Of a DNA stretch of 64,000 nt, positions 1 to 12,500 are shown one piece after another. The first letter of the stretch is position 1. Each line of letters starts with the position of its first letter. The position numbers and the translations under genes are program-made. The stretch comes from Geosiphon pyriformis uo1 (Eukaryota > Fungi > Glomeromycota), in NCBI GenBank assembly GCA_016748015.1, contig JAAOMT010000627.1, positions 248,001-312,000 on the forward strand, read 5' to 3'. The notes under the pieces were generated by a model, which made no database searches, was not told where the DNA came from, and saw only the letters and a program-made list of their open reading frames with translations.

Positions 1-1702
1 TAACTTTTTGGCTGGCATTGTCTGGGTTTTTTTGGGGTGCAATCTTTTTTTGGGTGGTCTCATGACCAATGTTTTTCATTTTCAGAATGGAATCCCTATG
101 TCTGTTATTCTTGGTGAGCCCACCTTTTATAAATGTGTCTCTTCACTTTGGCATTATGGAATTGTCTTTGTTGAGCAGTTTCACAATCATACTGGTTCTG
201 TTTTCAAATGGAGAACTTTCAAGCAGTAGAAAAAATTGGATCCTCAAGGCCCAGTTCCTCATTGGTTTGATATTTCTGTTCACTTTCTGAATAATTCTGG
301 GCCATCTTCTGTTTGCAATCTTCTGTTGCCAGATGTTGGTTTGTCTAATGTTCTTGAGTCTCATAAGTTTGAAGTTGTGTGTGATCATTTGTTGAAGATT
401 GATTCCAGTTATCTTTCTTTGTTTACAGATGGTTCTCTAAGTGGGCTGAATACTTTTGGTATGAAAGCTAGTACTGCTGTTTTTTTTGAGAACATTGATT
501 TGAGTTTGGATGTGGAGGTATCCAGATTGGTTTTTTTTATTATGATGGAGTTGTAGGCTATTGCTTTGGCTCTTGAGTGTGTTCTTTCTTCTAGTTTGGT
601 CACCTTGTTTTCAGACAGCCAGGCTGTTTTGGATGTGTGCAAATTAGAATCTATGTTGACTCATCCAGATTTCAGGAATTGGTGTTGGATTGAGCATTGC
701 CATATTGCTAATGTCATTCATCGTAAGAATTTGAATATTAATTGGGTTAAAGTTAGGGGTTACTCTGGTGTTTTGGGCAATAAGTATGCTAACACTTTCA
801 CTGAAGCTGCTGCATTCTCTGATATGCATCTTCCTCACATGATTGATGAATATTTTCTCAGAGCTAGTGATACTGGAGTGTCTGGTAGTTTTAAGCATTT
901 TGTTTGTAATGTTTTCCAATCTGTTCACCATGTGCACTAAGAGGTTGGTTCTGGTTCCCGGGTCTTGGTGGATAGTCTGTGTGCTGATGTTGATTGGTCT
1001 AAATCTTTTTTGGTGTGGCATCTGGACTCTCATTTGGCTGCTGGTTTCACTAGTACTCAAACTGTTGGCTTTCGAATGTATTTTATAAAAGCATTGCATC
1101 ATCATTTTCTGGTTGCTGTGCATAAGCATCTTTATAATAGAAGTTACTCCAGTGTAATATGTTTATTTTGTAGTAATGTTGAGATCTTGAACCATGTGTT
1201 TTTTTGTCTATTTAATGCTGCTGGTCATGCTTAGTTGGTGAAAGTTTATGCATCTGCTTAGGAGACATGCTCGAGTTTATTTCGCTCTTCTTTGTGTGTT
1301 TTACAGTTGCTTTCTACTTGCATTTCTAATGTTGTTGTCAGTGCAGCCCTGTGTAAGGGCTTTGTTTTCAAGAAATAGTATTATGAATCTGTTGCTGTTT
1401 TTAAAGACTCTAAGATTGCAGCTTAGAATATTGTGGCCTTTGTGCATGAGTTTTGTCCTGCATTTTATAATGAAGTTTGGCTAGTACATACTAAGCACCA
1501 AACTGTTATGGAAAAAGATAGCATGATCCCACATGATGGTTCTGTTCCTGTTTCAATCTTTGGTTTCTCTTCAGTGCTTTCAGCTGATGTGGTTAGGTTG
1601 TTGGGTATTGCAGATGCATTTGGTATTAGCTTTGGGTTTTGTAAATCTTGTTTATTCTTTTCAGGTATAGGTAATATGATTTCAGTTCATATAAGTGTCT
1701 AG
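1..1702 (+). pseudogene. LINE ORF2 C-terminus (RNase H + C-terminal CCHC), with multiple stops
   Basis: FTDGSL, MEL*AIALALEC, FSDSQAVL, WVKVRGYSGVLGNKYAN (RNase H motifs) and CLFCSNVEILNHVFFC; ends ISVHISV* like LINE-2, -3 and -4. Confidence 0.9.
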
Positions 1703-1784
1703 TGTTGTCTTGACTAGTCTGAATGGCTGGTTACATATAGAAAATGCATGATTCATACCTAGTTTAAATCACTTGTATAATATA

Positions 1785-1990
1785 CAGTAAACTCTTTCTA
1801 TAGTCCCTCTGGTTATAGTCACTATCTTTTTATAATCACATTTTTTTAAAAACCAAAACCATTTATATATAATATTATCTTCTTATAGTCACTTTTACTA
1901 TATATATCTCCTTATAGTCCCTATCTTCACAAATATGATAGCAGAATATAAGTAATTTCTACTTTCTATAGTCACACTATAATCATATAA
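1785..1990 (+). repeat. Left TIR (1785-1807) plus subterminal TATA(G/A)TC(A/C)C repeats
   Basis: About seven copies of (C/T)TATAGTC(A/C)C or TATAATCA(C/T) between 1797 and 1986, the same motif as the inner part of the TIR. Confidence 0.8.
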
Positions 1991-2899
1991 TATTAGATAT
2001 GAACATTAGATGTCATCTTATATTTAATCAGACATATACAGTCAGGGAGATTTCCCGATTTGTCAATAGAAATTATTTTTTTTATAATAGTAAAAAAAAT
2101 TAGAGAAGTTTCTGGAAACAATTGTAGAACACTAAACAAAATTTCTTAAATATTACAATATTCAATTACTCTTCTTCTTTATAAGCCACCACCACCATCA
2201 GAAGACAATAATGAAACTATTATATTTGGCTTGTTGTTTGCAGGTATTATGAAAGTTTTAATAATAGTTGACATATGGTACAGTACTGCTGCTCTTGGTG
2301 CTTTGGAGACTGGTGGTGCTTTAAAGGCTGGTAGTGTTTTGAAGGCTGTTGCTGCGAGTATCAATGAAGTTACTCTAGATCAAACTTTGGCTAATAAGAT
2401 TACTTTTTCTCCATATTAGGAAAAGGAATTAACAAACCTACAAGTGAGAATAATGGCCCAATGGAATTTTCCAGGAACAAGTTTGTTAATAGGACATTGC
2501 TTGAGCAAATCAACTGAGAATGGAGTTCGAATTTACTTTTCCTTAGGAAAAAAAATGTGACCAGTAATAAAACTCAGTGCATGAGGATTCTAATATATAC
2601 CCAATAAATACATTTTTACACCAACTTTAACATCTGCAATTAAAAAAAGACTCTATATTAGCAATCATAATCATTATTTGATCAATATTTAGTATTAGCA
2701 AGCGAAAATTTGACTGATAGTTTTAAAGATGTATTAAAAATCAACTTTTTTGGGGCAAATAAATCCATGTTAAATGCTTTTCATAATCTAAACATAATCA
2801 TGCAGAATGGAGATTCGGACCTAAACTCAACATATCATGTTTTAAAAATGCCAATTATAAATGGTAATGCACTCAACCCAAGATAAACAAAACTGTACA

Positions 2900-3975
2900 C
2901 AATACAATATATTTCTAACTTCTTGAAGGATATTTATTAAGCTGTCACACAATTAACTTGATAAGCTTCGAAAACATGATCACTTAAAAGAGGTATTAGA
3001 GAGTTAATAATAGGTAATAGTTGTGATTTTATTAACAGATTTATATTTTTTGATGATCTGCTTCTTCACTTGTTACTGGAATTGGTTTTCAAGTACTTAA
3101 CAATGTTTTTTTAATTTGTCTTGCTTTAAAAAAGTCTATTTTTTTCATCTGTGCAATTTCACTGAATTTTTTCATTTCTTTGCTTAATATCCATTCATGG
3201 TCAATATCATGAAAAACATGATTAGAGACATTTGGATTTACAAACTGTGTCTTTCTTATCTGAACTCGAAATTGATTTGATTCAGCAATAAAGCTAAGAC
3301 ATGTACAAGACCTGTATATTTTATTTTTAGAATATCCGATGCCATTAAAGAGATTAGTATGCAATCTCTCAAATTTGATACAGTTATGTACTGCAATTTC
3401 TTAATGCCATTGTGAAGGTGTAAAAAAAATCAACAATTTGAATGTTTTGTTAATTTTTTCAAGTATTGCATTATGGCCTTGATGTTGATTTGAAAGTTTA
3501 GATCAAAAAATTACAATTCTTTCTTAAATCAGCTTACAAACTTCAGGCTTCAATCATAGTTATTGTTTTTTATCAGCAATTTCAATTAATTGGTAAATAA
3601 GATGGCACCGAGCAGACCAAATTGGTACAAACATTCATCTAGCTGTAAGTCTTAATGAAGACTTATTGAAACAAACTCTAGTGCAAAAGTTAATAATTGC
3701 TTGTAAATAAAAAAAGACTTGTTCATACTTTAACCTGAACATAGGATCTGTTTCATTTTGGGCCCATTCTAAGTAACCTTCAACAGATGGATTTTCCTTA
3801 GAAACAACATATGGCCACATTAATTCAGAAGTTATTGTATGCCTATATATATTACATATCAAATTCTACAACTTATGATGATCAGGACATTTTTTAAAAA
3901 ACTGTAGTTGACTTTCACTTTGATATCTCTAACATTATGCAAAGTATTTTATATTGATATTCCAATTAATATAGA
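2900..3975 (-). pseudogene. 5'-truncated cargo gene fragment of unknown function inside the pogo element (~350 codons, interrupted)
   Basis: Near-continuous reading across stops and a frameshift: NWNINIKYFA..SQLQFFKKCPDHHKL*NLICNIYRH..SELMWPY..YLEWAQNETDPMFRLKYEQVFFYLQAIINF..MFVPIWSAR..FRVQIRKTQFVNP..PIPVTSEE..LINILQEVRNIL. Boundaries are approximate. Confidence 0.65.
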
Positions 3976-4351
3976 TGTTGCTGTGTTTGGAAAGCTTGAC
4001 AACATGACATTGTGCTATCTTCTACACAATTATGCAAGTATGTAGAGGATCAAATTGACAGTCTTTATTATTGATTATCAGTTGGGGGTAAGAGGCAAAA
4101 AGTGTCACAGATGTATTATCAAAATTAGGTTTCTTTTTATCAAGAATCTGTCATTTGCACTTAGAATCTTACAGTTGGATTAAAACCTTTATTTTTATAA
4201 TTTGACTGCTTTTTATAATCTGAGGCACCTTATATAACATAAGACACCTCACATGTCCAATTAGATATAAGACAAAATAACGTTTGAAACATAACAGATA
4301 CATCAATGCATTATAAAAACAAAATGCAATAAAAAGTGTGTTCTTATTAAC

Positions 4352-5910
4352 ATGCCAAAAAACGCGAACCAAAAGCAAGCAACAATCTCCTTGAAGACTA
4401 AAAAGGCTCTCTGTCAGTACAAACTATAGCATCCTGACTATTTAGCAAATAGACTTATCAAAATATTTAATCTAAAGGTTGACCACTCCACTGTAACAAA
4501 GATACTTGCAAAATCAGACTGATGGATTGAAAAAAATGTATCTGGCAACTCTGGTCAATTAACAAAAAACAGGAAAGAGATGTTTCTGAAAATAAATGAT
4601 GCACTGAGAGAATGAATGCTTGGAACACTAGCTACCAACTGCATTCTTACTGGAAAAATTTTACAAACAAAAGCCCTCAAGTTTGCTGAAAAGTTTCTGG
4701 AAGAAAATAACTTTAAAGCATCAGATAGTTGGTTAAAAAAGTTCAAAAAACGTCATAATTTGCACCACATTAAGATACATGGCAAAGCAAATAGTGTCTT
4801 CTTGGAAATTTTACTAGAGGAACAAGAGAAACTGCATAAGATTATCAGTGAATATAATCTAAATGATGTTTACAATACCAATGAGACAGCATTATTCTTT
4901 AGAATGCCACCAAATGCAACTTTGGCAACAAGATCTACTTCTGGTACCAAGCATGATAAGAGTCAAATTACCATACTTCTTGCTTGTAATGCAACAAGCA
5001 GTATCAAGTTGCAGCCTTTAATTATCGGCAAAGCTGCAAAGCCATGATGTTTTCGCAATATTAATATAAATGCACTTTTAATCACTTATCATTACAATAC
5101 AAAAGCATGAATGCAAACCAATATTTTTAGTGAATGGCTTAATTTATTAAATAAAGAAATGCGTCACAAGAAAAAAAAGATTTTGCTATTGCTTGATAAT
5201 GCTGGTTCCCATGGTAAAGAATCTTTTATATTATCTAATATTATGATTAGATACTTACTATTCAATACAACATCTTATTTGCAACCATTATATACAAAAA
5301 TTATTGCATCTTTTAAGGCACAATACTGAAAGTTGTTTTTTTTCCATCTTATTAATCAGTATAATGGCAAGATTCTAATATCAACAGTAACATTAAAGAA
5401 TGCAGTTGACTTTCTAATTGATGCATGGTCAGCGATAACAACAACTACAATCCAAAACTGTTGGTGTCATACAGAAATTCTGAATAATAGTCAAATACCA
5501 GCCCATCTATTAGATATTAAACAAGAACTCCTATAAAAAGTACAAGTTCTTATTGAGCACATTGATATTGATAAGCTATTGGCAATAGACTTCATTAATA
5601 TTGACAAGTTTGAATCATTATTTACTTATGCTTCAGAGGATGAAATTGTAAATCTTATTAACAACAAATATAGTAGAAATTCTAATGCAAATGAAGATTT
5701 AAAAAGTGAAAATGAAATGAACTTTTGTCTTTGCTATCTATACATTAAGGTAAAATTGCACTTGAAGATACATTGCGCTATTGTGAAAAGCAGCATAGTA
5801 AAAAAGTTGATTCAGACTTTTTTAAAACTTTGAGAACATTAATTCATAATACTGTTCTCAAAGTTCAAGAAAAAAAAAAACAGTTGCAAATAAATAGCTT
5901 TTTTAAATAA
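4352..5910 (+). pseudogene. pogo/Tigger transposase (CENP-B-type HTHs, DDE_1 with DD31D spacing, C-terminal PIP-box-like motif), degenerate
   Basis: MPKNANQK.. start; KASDSWLKKFKKRHNL (HTH_Tc5); YNTNETALFF, LLLDNAGSH, LQPLY (two catalytic Asp mutated); ends KKQLQINSFFK*. Confidence 0.9.
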
Positions 5911-5977
5911 AATATATATAATTGGTTATTATATTATGCATGTAATATATAGATTATGTGATAAGATATTAATTATT

Positions 5978-6051
5978 TTTTATAGTCCCATTTCTCTATA
6001 ATCACCACAAATGTGCTGACCAAAAAGTGTGATTATAAAGAGAGTTCACTG
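5978..6051 (-). repeat. Right TIR (6029-6051) and subterminal motif copies
   Basis: GTGATTATAAAGAGAGTTCACTG followed by TA; TATAGTCCC and TATAATCAC at about 5981-6005. Confidence 0.8.
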
Positions 6052-6102
6052 TATTGTATTAGGCAGTGTTTGGACCTCACTCATTAAATTGGAAAAAAAA
6101 AA

Positions 6103-6989
6103 TATTAATAAAGTTTGTTAATTAAAATTAAATTAATTTTTTGTTTTTAAATAATTTATTCCAATTAAAAAAAAACATAATTTATATAATTAAAACCAAT
6201 ATTAATAAATATAACTGCTTATAATCTATAAAATTTTTTAAAGTTAATTAATAAAAAAATTTGCATAAATAAGTTTTATTTAATTATTTATGTTTATATA
6301 AAATATATTATAATTTGTTTTAAGTCTAATAAAAATTTAATAGTAGTTTTAATTATAATTTTAATTTTTAAAAACTTTAATTTGAATTAGGTTAAATTAA
6401 ACTTATTTTTGTGTTTAATTTGTAAAAAACTTGGTTATATTCTATTAATATATAAGTTAAATATAATTTTATTTTCATAAATTATAATCAAAAAGTCATT
6501 TTTAAATTTTAATAAAAGTAAATTAATAATTATTTATGTTAAAATAACTTTTATTGCTTATTTAATTTTTTTTTATAATAAATTTTGTATGCAAATTGTA
6601 AACAATAATAATTTTAATAATTTTTTTGGTTTATTTTCTGGTGTTTTTTTATTTGCAAATACTGTATTTTTTTGCTAATATTTTTCTATTAAAAAGCAAA
6701 ATAAATACTTTAAAACATTTTTTAAAACTGTTATTAAATCAGTTTTTTGAATTTTTCTAAAAGTTAAATTTTTTATTAATTAATTTTTTAAAATTCAAAT
6801 GTTTTTTATATTTTTGTTTTAATTGTTAACTTAAATATAAATATAAATAAATTTTTTATATTTTTATTATTAATTTTGGTTAAGTATTTTAATATTATTT
6901 TGTTTTTAAATATTAATAGTTTTAATATTCTTATTATTAAATTTAATAGCTTAAAAATTAATATAGTAAAACTTAAAAGCTTTATAAAA
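6103..6989 (+). pseudogene. Fossil LINE ORF1 fragment, heavily C>T/G>A eroded
   Basis: About 6210-6330 translates ITAYNL*NFLKLINKKICINKFYLIIYVYIKYIIICFKS, aligning with TTAYDLGDFLEGAGGKTCVIN..AVVCFDS of LINE-2 ORF1. Confidence 0.7.
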
Positions 6990-8608
6990 CCAGTTTTAAT
7001 TTTTTTTATTTATTTATTAATGAGTGCAGCCCAACCATAGTCTAGAATAAGTTACAAAGAAAAGTAGCCAACTAAACATGGTTCATGCATTTGCTACATG
7101 TAACCAGTCACTTGAGCCAATCAAGGCAATACTATGCACTTATCAAAACACTAACCCTATGAACAGCACCAGACAAAAACAAGAACCTACCCCTAAAACT
7201 AAAACTGACATCAAGAGAATCTAGCACACCAATAAGGCAGACCATGCCAGCTGAGAGAGGTGGAACACCCACATTAAGAGCACTGGCCATAATAACATCA
7301 TTACCAATCAAACCACTTCTTTCCATGTCAGATCTGAACTTAGTTCTAAAGAGCCAGAGGTTTGTCCTATGACTCTTAGCCAAATGATGGACAAAATCCA
7401 CCACCACAACAGTCGTTTTTTTCTTGTCACCGAAAAAAGCAGTGGTCTTATCCATCTAACTCTTGAGAACAAATCCCTTGCAAAAAACTGAATACAACCC
7501 AACATCAAACACCCCCAGAGAGAGATCTCACAGTACAAAAGATGGTGACAGTAGATTAGGACCCATCAGAGTCCTCCACAAACCACCAAAATCACCCAAA
7601 ATATCCAACCACACAGAAGCATCCTTAACACAAGTAAAACCATGATCGGGGAGTTCCACATTACCACAAAACAGACAAGATACACCAGGGTAATCCTTAA
7701 TATACAACCTCTTTTGAATAGCAACAGGCAACCTGAAATGAACAGCTTTCATGAAGTATGTACAAAGAGCAGCAGTGGCTCGACACATACTCCCAGAGAG
7801 CATATGAGAGTCAGGGTGCCAAACTAGAGTGGTACTATTCCAATCAACAACCAGACCAAATAAACAAGACACAACCCTTTGGCCGGGACCCACCTCCCAC
7901 TGAAACTTGCAAATAGAATGAAAAATATCACGTACAAAATGGCAGGCATTACCAGAAACTGGCCTGCCATTAGCAATCACATATTTACAATTAATCCTGG
8001 CAGGAAGAGAGACCCCAGAGTGCGCAGCCTGTTCAGCAAGAACGTCAGCCAAAACATTACCAGCAATGCCAGCATGACCTTTGACTTTGATCCAGCGGAC
8101 AGTCAGATCTTTGGATTCAATCAAATTAACTACATGGTGCCTTTCTATCCAGCAACTATTGCAACAATTTGGCTGTAACAGACCCAATTCAGCCACACAT
8201 GCATTGATAGCCGCTTAACTATCCGTGTGCAAAGCCACTGAAACAGAGGTGGAAACGCACTTCAGAGCCAGGACAACAGTCTGTAATTCAGCCAGAGTCA
8301 AAGACAGCACACCATGTACCTCCACTCCTAAACCTTTGTCCAAGCCAGGAAAATAAATGGCAGCACCACATGCCACCTAAAACATACCCAAACTTTTAAG
8401 AGAACCATCAATATAAACATCAATCTCATCAGCCCACAATCTGTGAATTTTCTCACAAATGTCGGCAAAAGATGTCGAATCCAAAACACTAGCACAAACA
8501 GAAGCTAAACTCATGGGAGGGGGAGCATACAAACAATTACTCAAGTAAGCAGAGGCCTTCAAAAATCATAAAGGCATGAGGCCTCTAGAACCAAGTTTTT
8601 TCCATCGG

Positions 8609-9476
8609 TGTTACAGTTTAAGAATTTAGCAAAAAGAATCATAAAAATAATACAAACTATTCAATCATAATATAGCACAGTAATAATCTTAGAAAGGTAA
8701 TGATTAATATAGTAGCAAACACCATCTCGCAATAGTGGCAAGCACCAGTTCACAATAACAGCCAACACCAACTGGTGATAGCAGCAAACACCAGGTTGAA
8801 ATATCAAAAAGAAAGTATTTTCTCGTAGAACTACAAACATGTATATATACAGTAGTTTTAATATTGGGAAATAATCAATCAAGTAATAAAAATCATAACT
8901 TATCAAGCAACAGATCCAATTTTATCCAACAAACTCCACTTTAAATCATACTTTCAAATTAAATATCCCAAGAAATCTTTAAAAATCAAAAAAAAATGAA
9001 AAAAAATATTTAAAACGGAACTATCACAACCCAAAGTATTAAGAAACTTACTTGTATTATTTATTGAATGAAACTATCATTCATCAACTGAATCCCTTGG
9101 AAGAATAATCCTTGATCAAGATTATTTATGTTGTTACTAATTGATAAAAGTTTTATTGTAAGAATTAGAAAAGCACTAAAGACCATTAACATTCTGTGTT
9201 TCTAGATTAGAGAAACACATCAGGCAATTGCAAGGATAGCCTCAGAGAAGACCCCAGACAGTGGGTAGATTTCAGTTCAGCCTCTGAAAAGGAGTACATA
9301 AACACACACAACAATCAAGAATTAAAGAATAACTTACATCACAACAGTAAAAAAAAAAGTCTTCAGTGTAACAGTAACATTATCACACAAATAGAATTGA
9401 AGAACTCACAAAAGACTGATTGCAATTAAAGCGGGATATCAGCAATTAAATATAACAAAAAAACCATCCCGTAATA
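8609..9476 (+). repeat. Gypsy A 5' LTR (868 bp)
   Basis: Direct repeat of 17944-18810 and 20063-20930; terminal CA mutated to TA. Confidence 0.95.
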
Positions 9477-9478
9477 TT

Positions 9479-9495
9479 TGGTGAACCCTATGAGG
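9479..9495 (+). promoter_or_regulatory. Primer-binding site of Gypsy A
   Basis: TGGTGAACCCTATGAGG 2 nt after the LTR; the tRNA is not determined (Trp-like by recollection only). Confidence 0.75.
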
Positions 9496-9558
9496 AAAAA
9501 AAATCAAAAAGAAAATAATAATTAGTAATAATTCATTGCTAAAAAGGAAAAGACAAAA

Positions 9559-12500
9559 GTGGTGACAAAAACCCTTAATCTTACTGTTCTTGAATTCTGC
9601 CATGCTATTTACACACAAAATCAAAGTGATCTTGGATTACCAGAAGGGTGTTGTCCAGCAGAATCTGCCCTCACTTATTATATCAATACCAGAATAAATT
9701 ATCATATAGGAAAGAAAGAAGAACCACATGACGCAAAACTTGGATTGTATAAAGAATTATCACAATACACTACAAAAGAAGTAGCAGTAATAGCCACAAC
9801 TATTGTCAAAATCCATCGAGAAATTGAGCAATACACCAACAAAAATTTTCCAATATCTACAGGAAACACTAGGGAACGCACCAACAAAACCAAAGAAAAT
9901 TTAGAAACTAATCAGGAAAGTAACCAGCAAAAACTAAGAACACCAGCTCAAACGCCAAAGAAAACTGTCACTCAATCAATAAAGAAACAATGTATTTATT
10001 CACCAGAAGATAAATCATATCATTTTTCACCAGAAAATAAGATACAAATTCCATTAGGAGCTGCATCATCATCAACATCAACTCCACAAATGCCAAAAAC
10101 TCCTAGTTATACTGATAAAATTAAACAACATAATTGGGGAGACATACCAATTACAGGAGGATATTCATTACTATTCCAAAACCCTCTTTTTCAGCCAAAA
10201 TTTAAAATGGGGTTTGAAAACCATGAAGAGGAGTCTGAATCAGAATCCGAAAAAGAGACCAGCAAAAAAACAATCACAAGACCAGTCACTGGAACAAACA
10301 GCCAGTCCAGAAACCAAGAAACTTGTGATCAAGAAGAAGAACCAGATATAAGGGAAGCCACCTTTAGGAACGCTCAAGGAAATATCATCCCACCTCTTCT
10401 TAGACCAATAAACCCACCAGCAGAAAACGGCAATGAAATGACCACACCATACATTGCAAGACTAACAGATTTCTCAGAAAAGGAAGAAGAAACGGACATG
10501 CACACATGGCTCAGAGAATTTAAAAATGCACTCCTGGAGTATTTTAGCGACCCAAATGCCGTAATCCAACTACAGAATGAATTCAATACTATCAAGCAAA
10601 ATACTGGTGAAACTGTCACCCAATATCTTGCTCGATTCAATCAAATTCGCTGTTAGATTGAAGCGATTGAACAAGGATACTACACTAATCCTCAGGTTTT
10701 AAATCAGTTTATTAGAGGATTAAAAAGCAGCATTTTAGGAAGAGTACGCCCTGCCCACCCTAATTCCTTACCAGAAGCCATTACGCTCACCAGAGCCCTT
10801 GAATCGGCTAAGAAAGAAGCTAACCATAGTCAAATAGTTAACATGGTAATGGAGGAAAATAAGACAGAAACATTAGAGAAAAGAGTAACGCGATTAAAGG
10901 AGGAACTCTTTAAGAAAATAGAAAGTTACCTCATCCTGGATCTGAGAAAAAATACATACCAACCACCCCAAAGACACAGCCAGGAAGTCAGCAACAGTCG
11001 AAATAATTGCTCGTCGCGCCAGGAATTCAGAACAGAAATGCACGCCTGCCATTTTTGCAAACATGTAGGACATTTGATTAGTCAATGTCAAATGCAAATG
11101 ATGCAGGAAGCACATGAAAATAATTACTATGTGCCACCCCAAATGCCCAGAAACCAGTACATGCCAATACCATGCCAATATCCCATCACGTATCAAAATC
11201 AAAGAGCTTACCAGCAACAGCCCATGATAGCCAACCCTGAATTGGCATTCCGAGACCCGAAATCAGCCCATGTGGAACCAGAACACGTTGGTCCAGAGGA
11301 ATCCAAACCGCACTGGAACCAATTAGCAAACCAATCCAAACTACCAAAATTATCAACAAACTTACCTTAATATACCAGAAAACCTGATCATCAAAAACAA
11401 TGATGGTAGAAACATAAACAGAACCAAGAATTCCTCCAAATTGAGCCAGACAATACCACCAACAGTTGCCACCAAAGATAGCAGCCTTGCAGCTATTTTT
11501 CCTTTTGAATTAGAGGAAAACGAGGCTATATTCAGTGGAGCAGCATTGGACAAAAAACGCCCAATCACTGCTATGTATACGGAAGCCATTGTAAACAATA
11601 CTCCAATCAAACTTATCTTAGACAGCGGATCTGCTGGAAGCATCATAATGCTTCAACTAGTAAACCAACTGGGTTTCAAAGTTGATTGTGCTGTGATGTC
11701 CCAAATCATAACAGCCGATGGAAGTACAAAGCTGCCTCATGGCAAAATCAACTCATTCCCTTTCGAAATTAATGGCATAGTAATATCTACAAAAGTATTA
11801 GTAATGGACGCTACACAATATCAAGCATTAGTAGAGAATGACTGGCTAACAAAAGCCAACGCCACCCTAGACTAAACCACCCAAGAGCTTCTGATCAATT
11901 ATAATGGCCACCAGGCCAAAATTCCAGCCACCTGTGGCCACTTCCAAAAACCCAGTGCCAACCAAAGACCTACCTTTGAATTTGAGGAAAATCCAGCACT
12001 ACCAGCCATTGAAACCTATCAGCTCTCTTGGGCTGATGACCAAAGAACAGGACTACCAGCCGTATTAACATGAACCAGTGAAGAAAGATCCAAATGGAAC
12101 CAGATAAGTTCACAAAAAAACCACCAGTAATGCAGACCAAAGCTAGAATGCTCAGTTTGCAAGAAGAAACTCTCGTCTATGACTGCATGCAGCACACTGG
12201 ACAAAAACCCAAAAAACCTCACCCACTACTATTATAACTGTTGTAACAAAGAAAAATACGATTACCCAGAAAGACACGGAAAATGGGACGAGAAACCATG
12301 CCTCGCTTGTGGAGAACCGTTACTAAGAGGGTGCAACTGGCATGACTTACTAGGCAGAGGAGGAACATGTGACACAACTTGCCAATACACAATTTTCATC
12401 TGTGACTGGGTAAGAGAAGGAACGCCATTCGAAGCAGTGTTCAACAGAGTGTTAAAAAGACTACAGCACTATCCACACAACGAGGACGAGTTGTACAACA

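Larger units (their letters stand above)
1785..6051 (+). mobile_element. pogo/Tigger-like (Tc1/mariner superfamily) DNA transposon with cargo
   Basis: TA duplications at 1783-1784 and 6052-6053. Imperfect TIRs CAGTAAACTCTTTCTATAGTCCC and rc CAGTGAACTCTCTTTATAATCAC (18/23). Removing the element restores a contiguous LINE 3' UTR. CENP-B/DDE_1 transposase remnant inside. Confidence 0.92.
1..6102 (+). mobile_element. LINE-1: 3' part of an RNase H-bearing non-LTR retrotransposon, 3' UTR interrupted by a pogo element, poly(A) at 6093-6102
   Basis: RNase H and CCHC fragments at 1-1702. The 3' UTR resumes after the pogo insertion (TTGTATTAGGCAGTGTTTGGACCTCACTCATTAAATTGG-A10) and matches the 3' UTRs of LINE-3 and LINE-4. 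The 5' part lies outside the window. Confidence 0.9.

Noticed and set aside
8661-8906. Hydrophobic 81-aa minus-strand ORF repeated three times (also 17996-18241, 20115-20360) as a possible small membrane or env protein
   Set aside because: It lies wholly inside the A LTR, so the repetition is just LTR copy number. It has a non-ATG start, and hydrophobicity is expected from the antisense of A-rich DNA.
11230-11250. Programmed gag-pol frameshift in Gypsy A
   Set aside because: B and D read from the Gag knuckle into protease in one frame apart from C>T stops, and no slippery heptamer is present. It is more likely a copy-specific indel.
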